Sequence record: MT856905.1
Source: Enterococcus phage vB_EfaM_A2
Reading direction: 5' to 3' (one strand)
Length of the DNA stretch: 24,000 nt
Both the position numbers and the translations under genes were made by a program. Under the pieces are notes generated by a model that was not told the DNA's origin, made no database searches, and saw only the letters and a program-made list of their open reading frames with translations. Positions within the stretch are counted from its first letter, which is position 1; each line of letters opens with the position of its first letter. This document shows positions 5,948 through 13,077 of the stretch, in pieces.

Positions 5948-6043
5948 TACGGAAGACAGGATTTGAACCTGCGATATAGGAGTTTTAGTGCACTCATTGT
6001 CTCCCACGGTATCCGTTGCGTATTGCCATCACGCCACTCCCGT
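5948..6043 (-). tRNA. tRNA-like, isotype unresolved (96 nt; anticodon arm non-canonical)
   Basis: Acceptor ACGGGAG/CTTCCGT 7/7; T arm GCAGG-TTCAAAT-CCTGT; D-like arm GCG...CGC. 44 nt between the D and T arms without a clear canonical anticodon arm. Confidence 0.55.
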
Positions 6044-6050
6044 ATGCTAA

Positions 6051-6123
6051 CCGACAGTAAAGGAATCGAACCTCTATCACTAGATTCGTAGTCTAGCATC
6101 CTATCCAATTGAACGAACTGTCG
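6051..6123 (-). tRNA. tRNA-Arg(ACG)
   Basis: CGACAGT...ACTGTCG G; CTAGA-CTACGAA-TCTAG. Confidence 0.88.
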
Positions 6124-6225
6124 CTCTAGGCTAGCAATTACGCAGACTGACTATAGGCACCTTCGTCCCGTCACCTGTAAGTGCCCTCCTACAGGTTGTC
6201 CGTGGCACCGCAATGTACTAACCGA

Positions 6226-6299
6226 TGTCCCCACAGGGATTTGAACCCCGAACCCCCCGATTAAAAGTCGGGTGCTCTAGCCGATTGAGCTATGAAGAC
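6226..6299 (-). tRNA. tRNA-Lys(UUU)
   Basis: GTCTTCA TA GCTCAATCGGCTAGAGC A CCCGA-CTTTTAA-TCGGG ... TGGGGAC. Confidence 0.9.
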
Positions 6300-6357
6300 A
6301 GTTGTGTTTTTCAAGATAACCCTCTCGAAAAACCGTTACTAATAGAAAAACTAAGGG

Positions 6358-6432
6358 TCTCGACTGACAGATTTGAACTGCCTGCTCCTCCTAAGAGGCG
6401 TGTTACCAAAGCCATACACCAACTCTTCGAGA
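6358..6432 (-). tRNA. tRNA-like, isotype unresolved
   Basis: T arm GGCAG-TTCAAAT-CTGTC; ends TCTCGA/TCGAGA pair; CCTC-TTAG-GAGG in the anticodon region does not give a clean 7-nt loop. Confidence 0.5.
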
Positions 6433-6433
6433 A

Positions 6434-6507
6434 TATCCCCTACAGGATTCGAACCTGTGACCCCCTGATTAAGAGTCAGGTGCTACCACCAACTGAGCTA
6501 AGGAGAT
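6434..6507 (-). tRNA. tRNA-Lys(CUU)
   Basis: ATCTCCT TA GCTCAGTTGGTGGTAGC A CCTGA-CTCTTAA-TCAGG ... AGGGGAT A. Confidence 0.9.
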
Positions 6508-6520
6508 AAGATTACCAATA

Positions 6521-6594
6521 GCTAGTTAAGCCTTACGGAATCGAACCGCCATGAGGTTATGAAGCTCACATAGACCACTAGACACAAAACTAGC
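6521..6594 (-). tRNA. tRNA-Met-like (CAU) with unusual acceptor region
   Basis: TGAGC-TTCATAA-CCTCA; T arm with TTCGATT loop; outer helix GCTAGTT/AACTAGC. Confidence 0.55.
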
Positions 6595-6699
6595 TTATTG
6601 ATAAAATTCTATATAGATAATTGTATGCAATGTTCGCACTAACTAACCAGATAACCAGTCAATCATTCAAAACATTAATTTGTGAGTTTCCGCTCACAA

Positions 6700-6771
6700 T
6701 GCTGATTGAGAGAATCGAACTCCCATTCCCGGGTTACAAAGCCGGAGTAATAGCCGTTATACTAAATCAGC
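6700..6771 (-). tRNA. tRNA-Thr(UGU)
   Basis: GCTGATT TA ... CCGGC-TTTGTAA-CCCGG ... AATCAGC A. Confidence 0.82.
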
Positions 6772-6796
6772 GTAACCCCTCAATAGAGGGGAATTA

Positions 6797-7888
6797 TTAT
6801 ACTAAGTTACCATACCCGTAGGTATTTGTTTGAGCTTGTTTAAACATAATGCTCTTGATAGTTAAGTCGTTGTACTTTTCATCGTCTTCATCATCAAGGT
6901 ACACATCAACGTTAACGTTCTTACCGGAAATACCGATTGTTTCGTCTTTACCAACTGTTAAGTCTTTACTGTTGAAGGATACATCAAAGTAAATACTATC
7001 TTCTTTTGTACGACTACCGAACGAAACTCTGTCACCGAATAAATCTAAGCTTCGAGAGTTGATTACAACAGGTTGTAACCCACCTTCAAATTGAATAGTT
7101 ACTGTGTAATATTGATTTTCAATATTAAGGATGTTTAAGTCAGCAATAGCTTCACCAAATGGGATACCAAAGCTTAATTCCAATGCAATTGCTCGTAAGC
7201 AGTCATAGTTTAACTTAATTCTACGGCTAAACTTAACAACACTGTCAATTTCACCATAGTAAGCTTCGTCTAACTTATCTTGCAAGTAAGTGCGAATTTC
7301 ATCTGCATCAGGATATTCGAAACGTAAATGATAATGGAAACGTCCCGGACGGTTAAGCATAAAGTCATTTACACGACTTAAGCTATTAACAGTAAGAGCG
7401 TAGATACGTTTACGTTGTGATAAACCATCGAATAAGCTCAATAGTTTTTCTTGTGGTTCACGACCGTCACGGTCATTGAATACTTTTTCAAATTCATCGA
7501 ACAGGATAAGAGACTCTTGGTCAATACTGTCAATAAATTCTGCAATCCCCGGATAAGCTTCTGTAATTAAGATAACAGGCATATCCTCTTCAATAGCTCG
7601 TTGAGATAAGATTTGAGTAAATAGTGATTTACCAATCCCTTTGTCTCCACTTAAAATGATTCCTAAGCTACGATTAATTGTTTTAAATGTGTGTAACACT
7701 TTTTCAATTTTAGCTAAACGGTCACCGTAAACTTTAGGTTCTTTCAATTCAAAATCGTCTGTTACTACTAGTGAGAACCCAGACATTGGATTGAATCGAA
7801 CTTTATAAGTTTGCGCAGGCAACTTATCATAAGTTTTAAGGTCGTTTGCATAAATTTCATAGTTACTACCATAGTTGATTACTTTCAT
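6797..7888 (-). CDS. AAA+ family ATPase
   Basis: Start ATG at 7888 preceded by AAGGGGG. Walker A GDKGIGKSLF, Walker B LILFDEFEKVF. Confidence 0.9.
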   Translation of the reverse strand: MKVINYGSNYEIYANDLKTYDKLPAQTYKVRFNPMSGFSLVVTDDFELKEPKVYGDRLAKIEKVLHTFKTINRSLGIILSGDKGIGKSLFTQILSQRAIEEDMPVILITEAYPGIAEFIDSIDQESLILFDEFEKVFNDRDGREPQEKLLSLFDGLSQRKRIYALTVNSLSRVNDFMLNRPGRFHYHLRFEYPDADEIRTYLQDKLDEAYYGEIDSVVKFSRRIKLNYDCLRAIALELSFGIPFGEAIADLNILNIENQYYTVTIQFEGGLQPVVINSRSLDLFGDRVSFGSRTKEDSIYFDVSFNSKDLTVGKDETIGISGKNVNVDVYLDDEDDEKYNDLTIKSIMFKQAQTNTYGYGNLV

Positions 7889-7927
7889 AAATATCCCCCT
7901 TATTCGTGTTTTATTAGCAAATGCTAA

Positions 7928-8001
7928 TGGAGAGGGGTGGAATTGAACCACCGACCCCTAGGGTTTCAATCTAGTGCTCTAACCTACTGAGCTACCTCTC
8001 C
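7928..8001 (-). tRNA. tRNA-Phe(GAA)
   Basis: GGAGAGG TA GCTCAGTAGGTTAGAGC A CTAGA-TTGAAAC-CCTAG ... CCTCTCC A. Confidence 0.85.
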
Positions 8002-8123
8002 GTGTCAATTTGGACTTATCCCCCACGTGGTTACTAAGATAAGTCCTATGCCTTTGAAGTGTGGATACTCAAAAAATGAGTACAGGTACTAAAAATCTGA
8101 TGACAAGTCAGATTTATGTCATA

Positions 8124-8196
8124 AGCAGAAGGTGAGATTCGAACTCACGCTCAGGGGTTTGCAATCCCTAGCCTTAACCCACTTGGCTACTCCCGC
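8124..8196 (-). tRNA. tRNA-Cys(GCA)
   Basis: GCGGGAG...CTTCTGC T (U73 as expected for Cys); AGGGA-TTGCAAA-CCCCT. Confidence 0.85.
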
Positions 8197-8207
8197 ATTG
8201 GCATCCC

Positions 8208-8430
8208 TCTAGGTTTTTATCTGCATCGGGACTCACATAAACTGATAAGTGAAAACAGGGCACTAGTCTGCTTTACACCTGCGCTATCAGAACCTAGACT
8301 CGGCAACACTGCCTTAGATGACTTTACTCTTGTAAACACGTTACATTCTTCAACAATTACCAGTAGAGTGCTACATACCAGTAATTCGTTCCTGTGAAGG
8401 ATAGTACACTATAACTATCACCGCTGTCCA
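8208..8430 (-). ncRNA. Unassigned structured RNA candidate between tRNA-Cys and tRNA-Trp
   Basis: ORF-free 240-nt gap; TCTAGGTT/AACCTAGA (8 bp) plus contiguous CTGATA/TATCAG (6 bp) long-range pairings. Confidence 0.45.
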
Positions 8431-8436
8431 AGAATA

Positions 8437-8508
8437 CACGCCGTGAAGGATTCGAACCCCCGTCTTCCGGGTTGGAGCCGGAAATGCTAGCCACTACACC
8501 AACAGCGC
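8437..8508 (-). tRNA. tRNA-Trp(CCA)
   Basis: GCGCTGT...ACGGCGT G; TTCCGG-CTCCAAC-CCGGAA. Confidence 0.9.
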
Positions 8509-8645
8509 AAGATTCGGAGGGGAGGGACTAGCAACCCTCCGAAAAATGTAAGATAATGAGAGATTAAAACATGCCACTATTAAAAGTGGAATAGGTAATT
8601 AAGGATTCGAACCTTACAAGCCCTTACTGCTTACCTTGTAAACTT

Positions 8646-8674
8646 ATAGTATCATGTGTTGTACCGAAAGTCAA
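8646..8674 (-). promoter_or_regulatory. promoter upstream of tRNA-like fragment/tRNA-Trp block
   Basis: Minus TTGACT - 17 nt - TACTAT. Confidence 0.6.
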
Positions 8675-8679
8675 CACTT

Positions 8680-8703
8680 TTTATAAAAATAATAGGGAGA
8701 AAT
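8680..8703 (-). terminator. terminator hairpin (AGGGAGAAAT/ATTTCTCCCT) with flanking T tracts
   Basis: Near-perfect palindrome followed by T-rich sequence. Confidence 0.55.
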
Positions 8704-8718
8704 ATTTCTCCCTAAAAA

Positions 8719-8792
8719 TGGACTATACCGGAATTGAACCGATGACCTGTCAGTTATGAGCTGACGGCTCTGACCTACTGAGCTAATAGTCC
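8719..8792 (-). tRNA. tRNA-Met/CAU
   Basis: GGACTAT TA GCTC... GTCAG-CTCATAA-CTGAC ... ATAGTCC A. Confidence 0.9.
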
Positions 8793-8825
8793 GTGTAATA
8801 ATACCACGAAATAAACCTTAGTAAG

Positions 8826-8927
8826 TCATATAGTCCCAGAAAGGGAGACATATGAAACTAGTGTTGAATGCCATAATCGTTTAATAAATGTGACTGAGAG
8901 AGTAATAAATTTCTTAGGCATGTCCAT
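8826..8927 (-). CDS. small amphipathic protein, 33 aa
   Basis: GGAAAGGAGGCAT ATG gives MDMPKKFITLSVTFIKRLWHSTLVSYVSLSGTI*; the strong SD supports this internal start of the tracked ORF 8826..9065. Confidence 0.55.
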   Translation of the reverse strand: MDMPKKFITLSVTFIKRLWHSTLVSYVSLSGTI

Positions 8928-8999
8928 ATGCCTCCTTTCCAATAATGATAATTTTAAGATATAAACAGAATAAATAAAAGAGAAAATAATAATGAATAA

Positions 9000-9071
9000 T
9001 AGCGCATGAGAGAGTCGAACTCTCGATTCCGGTTCGAAAGACCGGTGTCTTGACCGCTTGACCAATGCGCC
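9000..9071 (-). tRNA. tRNA-Glu(UUC)
   Basis: GGCGCAT...ATGCGCT A; CCGGT-CTTTCGA-ACCGG. Confidence 0.9.
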
Positions 9072-9076
9072 ATAAA

Positions 9077-9151
9077 CGAGCTATATGGGACTTGAACCCA
9101 TGACCTTCTCCGTGACAGGGAGACGAGCACTCCTGACTGCTCCAATAGCCC
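9077..9151 (-). tRNA. tRNA-Asp(GUC)
   Basis: GGGCTAT...ATAGCTC G; TCTCC-CTGTCAC-GGAGA. Confidence 0.9.
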
Positions 9152-9165
9152 AATGTTTCCCCAAC

Positions 9166-9270
9166 CACCGCCACCTAGGGGATTCGTACGTCTACGTGAG
9201 TTTTCTGGTTATACATTATTGTTCAAGACAATAGTTGTACGAGTGGAATACCAATTTACCACTCTGCGGT
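9166..9270 (-). ncRNA. tRNA-like, long variable region, degenerate T arm
   Basis: ACCGC/GCGGT outer pairing, TATTG-TCTTGAA-CAATA anticodon-like arm, no canonical TTCRA loop. Confidence 0.4.
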
Positions 9271-9276
9271 TCCTAT

Positions 9277-9348
9277 TGCGGTAGGTGGGAGTCGAACCCA
9301 CTAAAGCTTGGTTATGAGCCAAGTGCCTAAACCGTTCGGCATCTCCGC
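9277..9348 (-). tRNA. tRNA with CAU anticodon (Met or modified Ile)
   Basis: CTTGG-CTCATAA-CCAAG; T arm GTGGG-TTCGACT-CCCAC; acceptor has 2 mismatches. Confidence 0.8.
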
Positions 9349-9374
9349 AGTAATACAAGTCTGGTTAAAAACTC

Positions 9375-9956
9375 AAAACTTAATAGATTAAGGGCTTTTC
9401 TTCCTGCTTCATATACACTCACTGCATTCGGTCACATACTCAGAGAGGCTGAACCATCGGGAGCTACCCAATAGCTTCTCTCTGCCTTTAATGTATGGTC
9501 TAGCACGGTGGCTAACAACGTTCACCTAAACATTCAGCATTAAAAGTATTATTTTACATATAACCCATATGTCTTCTGTAATATTTTCATCCAACGCTGA
9601 CTTAAGCTACTTGTACCAAGGTCTCTTGTTAAACCTGTATTTCTACAGTTCTCGTCAAAGGGAGTCTTTTGAGTTTTCCAAGGTCTGCCAAGCTTCTCAC
9701 ACTTCCACCTAACTTGGATTCTTTTCCACAGGAACGTCTATTGTATCCCCCAAGAGTCTTGTACCTTACAATCCATGTATACTCCACATAACGCTTAACT
9801 GATATTAGCTTTTACTAATAGTTACTCCTATGTTACCATAAGACCTACCTGCAACCCAAAGCACTATCGCACCTTCGGTTACATCCAGATTCACGCCACG
9901 TTATCCTAGCAAGCTGTTCAAACTTTCTGCACTAGGTTCAAAATCTATTAAGTTTT
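9375..9956 (-). ncRNA. Large ornate ncRNA candidate (ROOL-like or GOLLD-like), 582 nt
   Basis: ORF-free in the track, located within the tRNA array, termini form a perfect 15-bp helix (AAAACTTAATAGATT/AATCTATTAAGTTTT), promoter just upstream. Confidence 0.6.
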
Positions 9957-9989
9957 CAATTTTTAACCACTAACTTGTGGTGTAATATT

Positions 9990-10018
9990 AATATAGCATA
10001 ACATTACAAAGTTGTAAA
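9990..10018 (-). promoter_or_regulatory. promoter for the 582-nt ncRNA
   Basis: Minus TTTACA - 17 nt - TATATT. Confidence 0.6.
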
Positions 10019-10052
10019 CACCTTTTTGTAAGTTTTTTTGATTTTTTTTTGA

Positions 10053-10141
10053 TGGAAGGTAAGGGGGTCGAACCCTTACACCGGATTTCTCCGACCTAAC
10101 TGATTAGCAATCAGCCCTCTTAACCATTTGAGTAACCTTCC
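10053..10141 (-). tRNA. tRNA-Ser(GCU), class II
   Basis: GGAAGGT...ACCTTCC A; GCTGA-TTGCTAA-TCAGT. Confidence 0.9.
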
Positions 10142-10149
10142 AAAAGCAA

Positions 10150-10178
10150 AAAGGGAACCCCTGTAATTAAACAGGGGT
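10150..10178 (-). terminator. Rho-independent terminator
   Basis: Minus ACCCCTGT-TTAATT-ACAGGGGT-TCCCTTTTT. Confidence 0.75.
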
Positions 10179-10250
10179 AAGAGAGATGTCTCTAAAAGCC
10201 TACAACCATTATAACATAGAAACATAGTTTGTACAGCCGTAACTGTACAA

Positions 10251-10322
10251 CTGTCAGGACAGGGTTCGAACCTGTATCGCAACCTTCAAAGGGTCGTGTC
10301 CTACCTGTTAGACGACCTGACA
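10251..10322 (-). tRNA. tRNA-Gln(UUG)
   Basis: TGTCAGG...CCTGACA G; CGACC-CTTTGAA-GGTTG. Confidence 0.9.
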
Positions 10323-10363
10323 AAAAGGTGGAACCTCCCTAAATTTGGGGAAGAGGGAGGTTC
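10323..10363 (-). terminator. Rho-independent terminator
   Basis: Minus GAACCTCCCT...AGGGAGGTTC CACCTTTTT. Confidence 0.7.
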
Positions 10364-10414
10364 TCATGCTATTAACAAACACGAATTTGCTAATCAAGTA
10401 ATCTTGACTAGCAA

Positions 10415-10485
10415 CTCACCTAGCAGGACTTGAACCTACAAGAACTGGTTAACAGCCAGTCATGATACCGTTTCATCATAGGTGA
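10415..10485 (-). tRNA. tRNA-Asn(GUU)
   Basis: TCACCTA...TAGGTGA G; ACTGG-CTGTTAA-CCAGT. Confidence 0.9.
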
Positions 10486-10489
10486 ATTT

Positions 10490-10533
10490 TAGTTCTATCA
10501 ACATTATAACACAAAAGCTGATAGAACTAGCAA
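10490..10533 (-). promoter_or_regulatory. promoter-proximal perfect inverted repeat (possible operator)
   Basis: tagttctatca/tgatagaacta, with TATAAT (minus, 10503-10508) in the spacer. Confidence 0.5.
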
Positions 10534-10736
10534 CTTTTTTACAAACTTAACAACTTTTTTCTTAACTACTGATTCAGCAACTTACTCAATAGTTAAAGAC
10601 TTAAAGAAAGAGGAAGTAATTGAGGTATGTCAATCACTAACTAAAGTATACAACATTTTTATCATCCTGACAACAACTAAATGCAAAAAAGTTCAAAAAA
10701 GATTATAAATAGTTAAATTATCAGAATATTCAAATT

Positions 10737-10874
10737 AATGTCCTATTTTAAATTTTTGACCTCCTTATATACTTAATACTATATATTAATAATATATATC
10801 TAAATTATATAAATATTAGACCATATATTATTAATATATATAAGACTTGCAAAAAATTAAAATAGGACATTTTT
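10737..10874. repeat. MITE-like/palindromic repeat copy 1
   Basis: AATGTCCTATTTTAAATTTTTG ... GCAAAAAATTAAAATAGGACATTTTT terminal inverted repeats around an AT-rich nested palindrome. Confidence 0.7.
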
Positions 10875-10920
10875 CTGACAATTCACTTTTAGATAAAAAG
10901 AAAGAGAGCAAAACGCCCTC

Positions 10921-11259
10921 TTACCGTGTTTCAAAGTATTCCTTAATTGTATACTCTCTAGCTTCTTTAGCTTCCTCAGTTTCATCTTTAGGAGCTAAAT
11001 ACAATTTAGTAATTGTAGCGGGTACCTCTACCATCTTATAGTCAATAAAAGTAGCTTGACGTAGATTTAAGTATCGGATACCTGTTGTTCTATCAGTACC
11101 TGTATGCACAGGCAAGAAAGTTAATTCTTTACCTCTGACAGAGCCATTAGCTTGTGTTAGTGCATCAACTACAGTTCCGCCCATATAGCGTGGAAATAGG
11201 TAAACCTTGTCAGTACCTACTGTAATTTCTGCGACCTTTTCGTGTGTTGGATAGTTCAC
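10921..11259 (-). CDS. hypothetical protein, 112 aa
   Basis: Intact ORF with downstream terminator (GAGGGCGTTTTGCTCTC). Confidence 0.8.
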   Translation of the reverse strand: MNYPTHEKVAEITVGTDKVYLFPRYMGGTVVDALTQANGSVRGKELTFLPVHTGTDRTTGIRYLNLRQATFIDYKMVEVPATITKLYLAPKDETEEAKEAREYTIKEYFETR

Positions 11260-11313
11260 TTATAATTTCTCCTTTCAGAATATGCTATAATTACAGTATA
11301 AGTATAACACATT

Positions 11314-11661
11314 CTATGGTTTAAAAATGCTGAACACGTAAGTCACAACCGCACCGAGAACAATCATGAAGATGTTTTCCACGATGTCTCTTTTATGGTC
11401 AAACTCTTTGTCGTTTACACCTTCGAGAGCATCAATGGTTTCTTCCAGTTTTGTAATCTGGTACGTAAGATGTGAATATTTCTCTTCATGAACAGCTAAC
11501 CTTTTATCAAGACTGTTAACGATGTCCTTCAATTCACTAACTGCATTATTCAGTTCTGTGTTGTCCTGTTTAATGCCCTTCTCAGTTAGTTCTCCATGTT
11601 GGAGCTTGTCTTCCAATCGTTGCAGTCTTAATACTAGGTCACCTACTTGGTAATCGTTCAT
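11314..11661 (-). CDS. coiled-coil protein with C-terminal TM helix, XhlA/hemolysin-like architecture
   Basis: Heptad-rich region then NIFMIVLGAVVTYVFSIFKP. Confidence 0.65.
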   Translation of the reverse strand: MNDYQVGDLVLRLQRLEDKLQHGELTEKGIKQDNTELNNAVSELKDIVNSLDKRLAVHEEKYSHLTYQITKLEETIDALEGVNDKEFDHKRDIVENIFMIVLGAVVTYVFSIFKP

Positions 11662-11700
11662 TTGTGCTCCCCCTCTCGGTTGTATAGCTCAATCTCCCGG

Positions 11701-11958
11701 TCAGTTAGAAAACCACATGTAACCGCCTATGCCCAGAATACATCCGACAAGGTAAATAATTGGAGTATACAGCCCAATGAAGAGCATAACCACGCTACCA
11801 ACACTAAGTCCGTATAGTATCAAAAGATACTTATACGATGCCAAAGGACTTAAATCTGCTTGCAGTTTTTTGTACTGTATAGCTCGGGTGACATAGTAGG
11901 ATGCTGAGTAAACGAACAACTGTAGCAATAACATAGCAATAAATGCTAGTCGGTACAT
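11701..11958 (-). CDS. small multi-TM membrane protein (possible holin-like)
   Basis: Three hydrophobic segments in 85 aa. Confidence 0.65.
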   Translation of the reverse strand: MYRLAFIAMLLLQLFVYSASYYVTRAIQYKKLQADLSPLASYKYLLILYGLSVGSVVMLFIGLYTPIIYLVGCILGIGGYMWFSN

Positions 11959-12076
11959 TCTATCGCCTCTCTTCTTTCCTAGAGCTATCTTTAATATAGT
12001 ACACCAAAGCCTTTATAATCAGGTGTGCTAGATTAAATATGTAGGCTAAAAAATATAAACGGAAGAGTGAGAAAAA

Positions 12077-12346
12077 GTGAAGGTACGGAAAAAATTATTA
12101 TACAAATCAATTTTTATCACCATCTCTGTTATCATCATGATTTGTGCAAGCAAGCTGATTGCAGATGTGCTAGGCTTAGAACAACATTTTACAGCAACAA
12201 TGCTTGTAGGAGGTTCTTTGTGGGCTTGGATAGCTAGTATTGTCTTTGATTCTTATGAGAAGAGGAAAAAGAAAGATAATCTACAGCAACAGCTTCATGA
12301 AGCACTGCGTGATTTAAAAGAGATAAAAGCGTTAATCAAAAAATAA
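12077..12346 (+). CDS. small two-TM membrane protein, 89 aa
   Basis: KSIFITISVIIMICA..., MLVGGSLWAWIASIVF; basic C-tail. Confidence 0.75.
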   Translation: MKVRKKLLYKSIFITISVIIMICASKLIADVLGLEQHFTATMLVGGSLWAWIASIVFDSYEKRKKKDNLQQQLHEALRDLKEIKALIKK

Positions 12347-12365
12347 TTAATAAGGGGTGGAGGAT

Positions 12366-12644
12366 ATGTCCCTTACAAGAGAAGAAATAAAGCAAAAAAG
12401 GCAGTATATTTTTAGCAAAGCTCAAAAGACGACAAATATACGAAAAGGGGATAAACGCATAGCAAGTGCTACACGGATGTGTGCAGTATGTGGAAGACCG
12501 TTGTCTAGACTTGTTCTTACTAATGGTTCTGCAATAGTTACTACAGCACATGTAAGCTGTAAGATGTCAGATTTAGTACGATTGAACATGTGTGAAGACA
12601 TACGGTCTTGCTATGCGTATACAAGTAAAAAGGGGGAGGAATAG
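12366..12644 (+). CDS. hypothetical protein with CxxC...HxxC putative zinc-binding motif
   Basis: MSLTREEIKQKR...RMCAVCGRPLSR...TAHVSCKM; start chosen at ATG 12366 (GTG 12357 is the alternative). Confidence 0.7.
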   Translation: MSLTREEIKQKRQYIFSKAQKTTNIRKGDKRIASATRMCAVCGRPLSRLVLTNGSAIVTTAHVSCKMSDLVRLNMCEDIRSCYAYTSKKGEE

Positions 12645-12648
12645 CCAC

Positions 12649-13077
12649 ATGAGTATGGCAGACCGTATTAAAGAAAATGCTGAACAAAAGAAAATGGAAC
12701 GTACATCCGAACAACGATTACGTGACACATTTAATAATGCTTCTCTCACGTTAATTAACCAGTTCATGGCTAAAGTTATGGCAGGTTCAATAGATATAGA
12801 TGACGTTGGGGATTTAACCCGTCTATTCCAAATCTACATGCAAATTAATAATATCAATGCAGGAATGCAAGAGGGAACTGGTCAATTACCTGCTCTTAGT
12901 GCTACGCAAAAAGATATTATTGCAGATAAGGTAAGCACTGAAAAGGCTACCATAGACGGAGAGGAGGAGGAAGTTGTTTCGTTGGAAGAGTTAGCTAAAT
13001 TATCAGACGAAGAAATTGATAAGATGCTATTGGATAAGGAAATCCAAATGAACAAAGAAAACGAAGCAACATTTTAA
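12649..13077 (+). CDS. putative terminase small subunit-like protein
   Basis: Start ATG 12649 after GGGGGAGG; acidic C-terminus; stop overlaps the terminase large ATG (TAATG). Small-subunit role inferred from position. Confidence 0.5.
   Translation: MSMADRIKENAEQKKMERTSEQRLRDTFNNASLTLINQFMAKVMAGSIDIDDVGDLTRLFQIYMQINNINAGMQEGTGQLPALSATQKDIIADKVSTEKATIDGEEEEVVSLEELAKLSDEEIDKMLLDKEIQMNKENEATF

Noticed and set aside
6225-6509. Plus-strand ORF MSPQGFEPRTPRLKVGC...
   Set aside because: Antisense translation of consecutive tRNA genes (Lys, unresolved, Lys).
9000-9174. Minus ORFs 8914..9174, 8954..9145 and the N-terminal part of 8826..9065
   Set aside because: They run through tRNA-Glu and tRNA-Asp; only the SD-preceded internal ATG at 8927 was kept.
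10150-10363. Two strong inverted repeats considered as small ncRNAs or mobile ends
   Set aside because: Each is followed on the minus strand by a T tract and lies between tRNAs; rho-independent terminators explain them.
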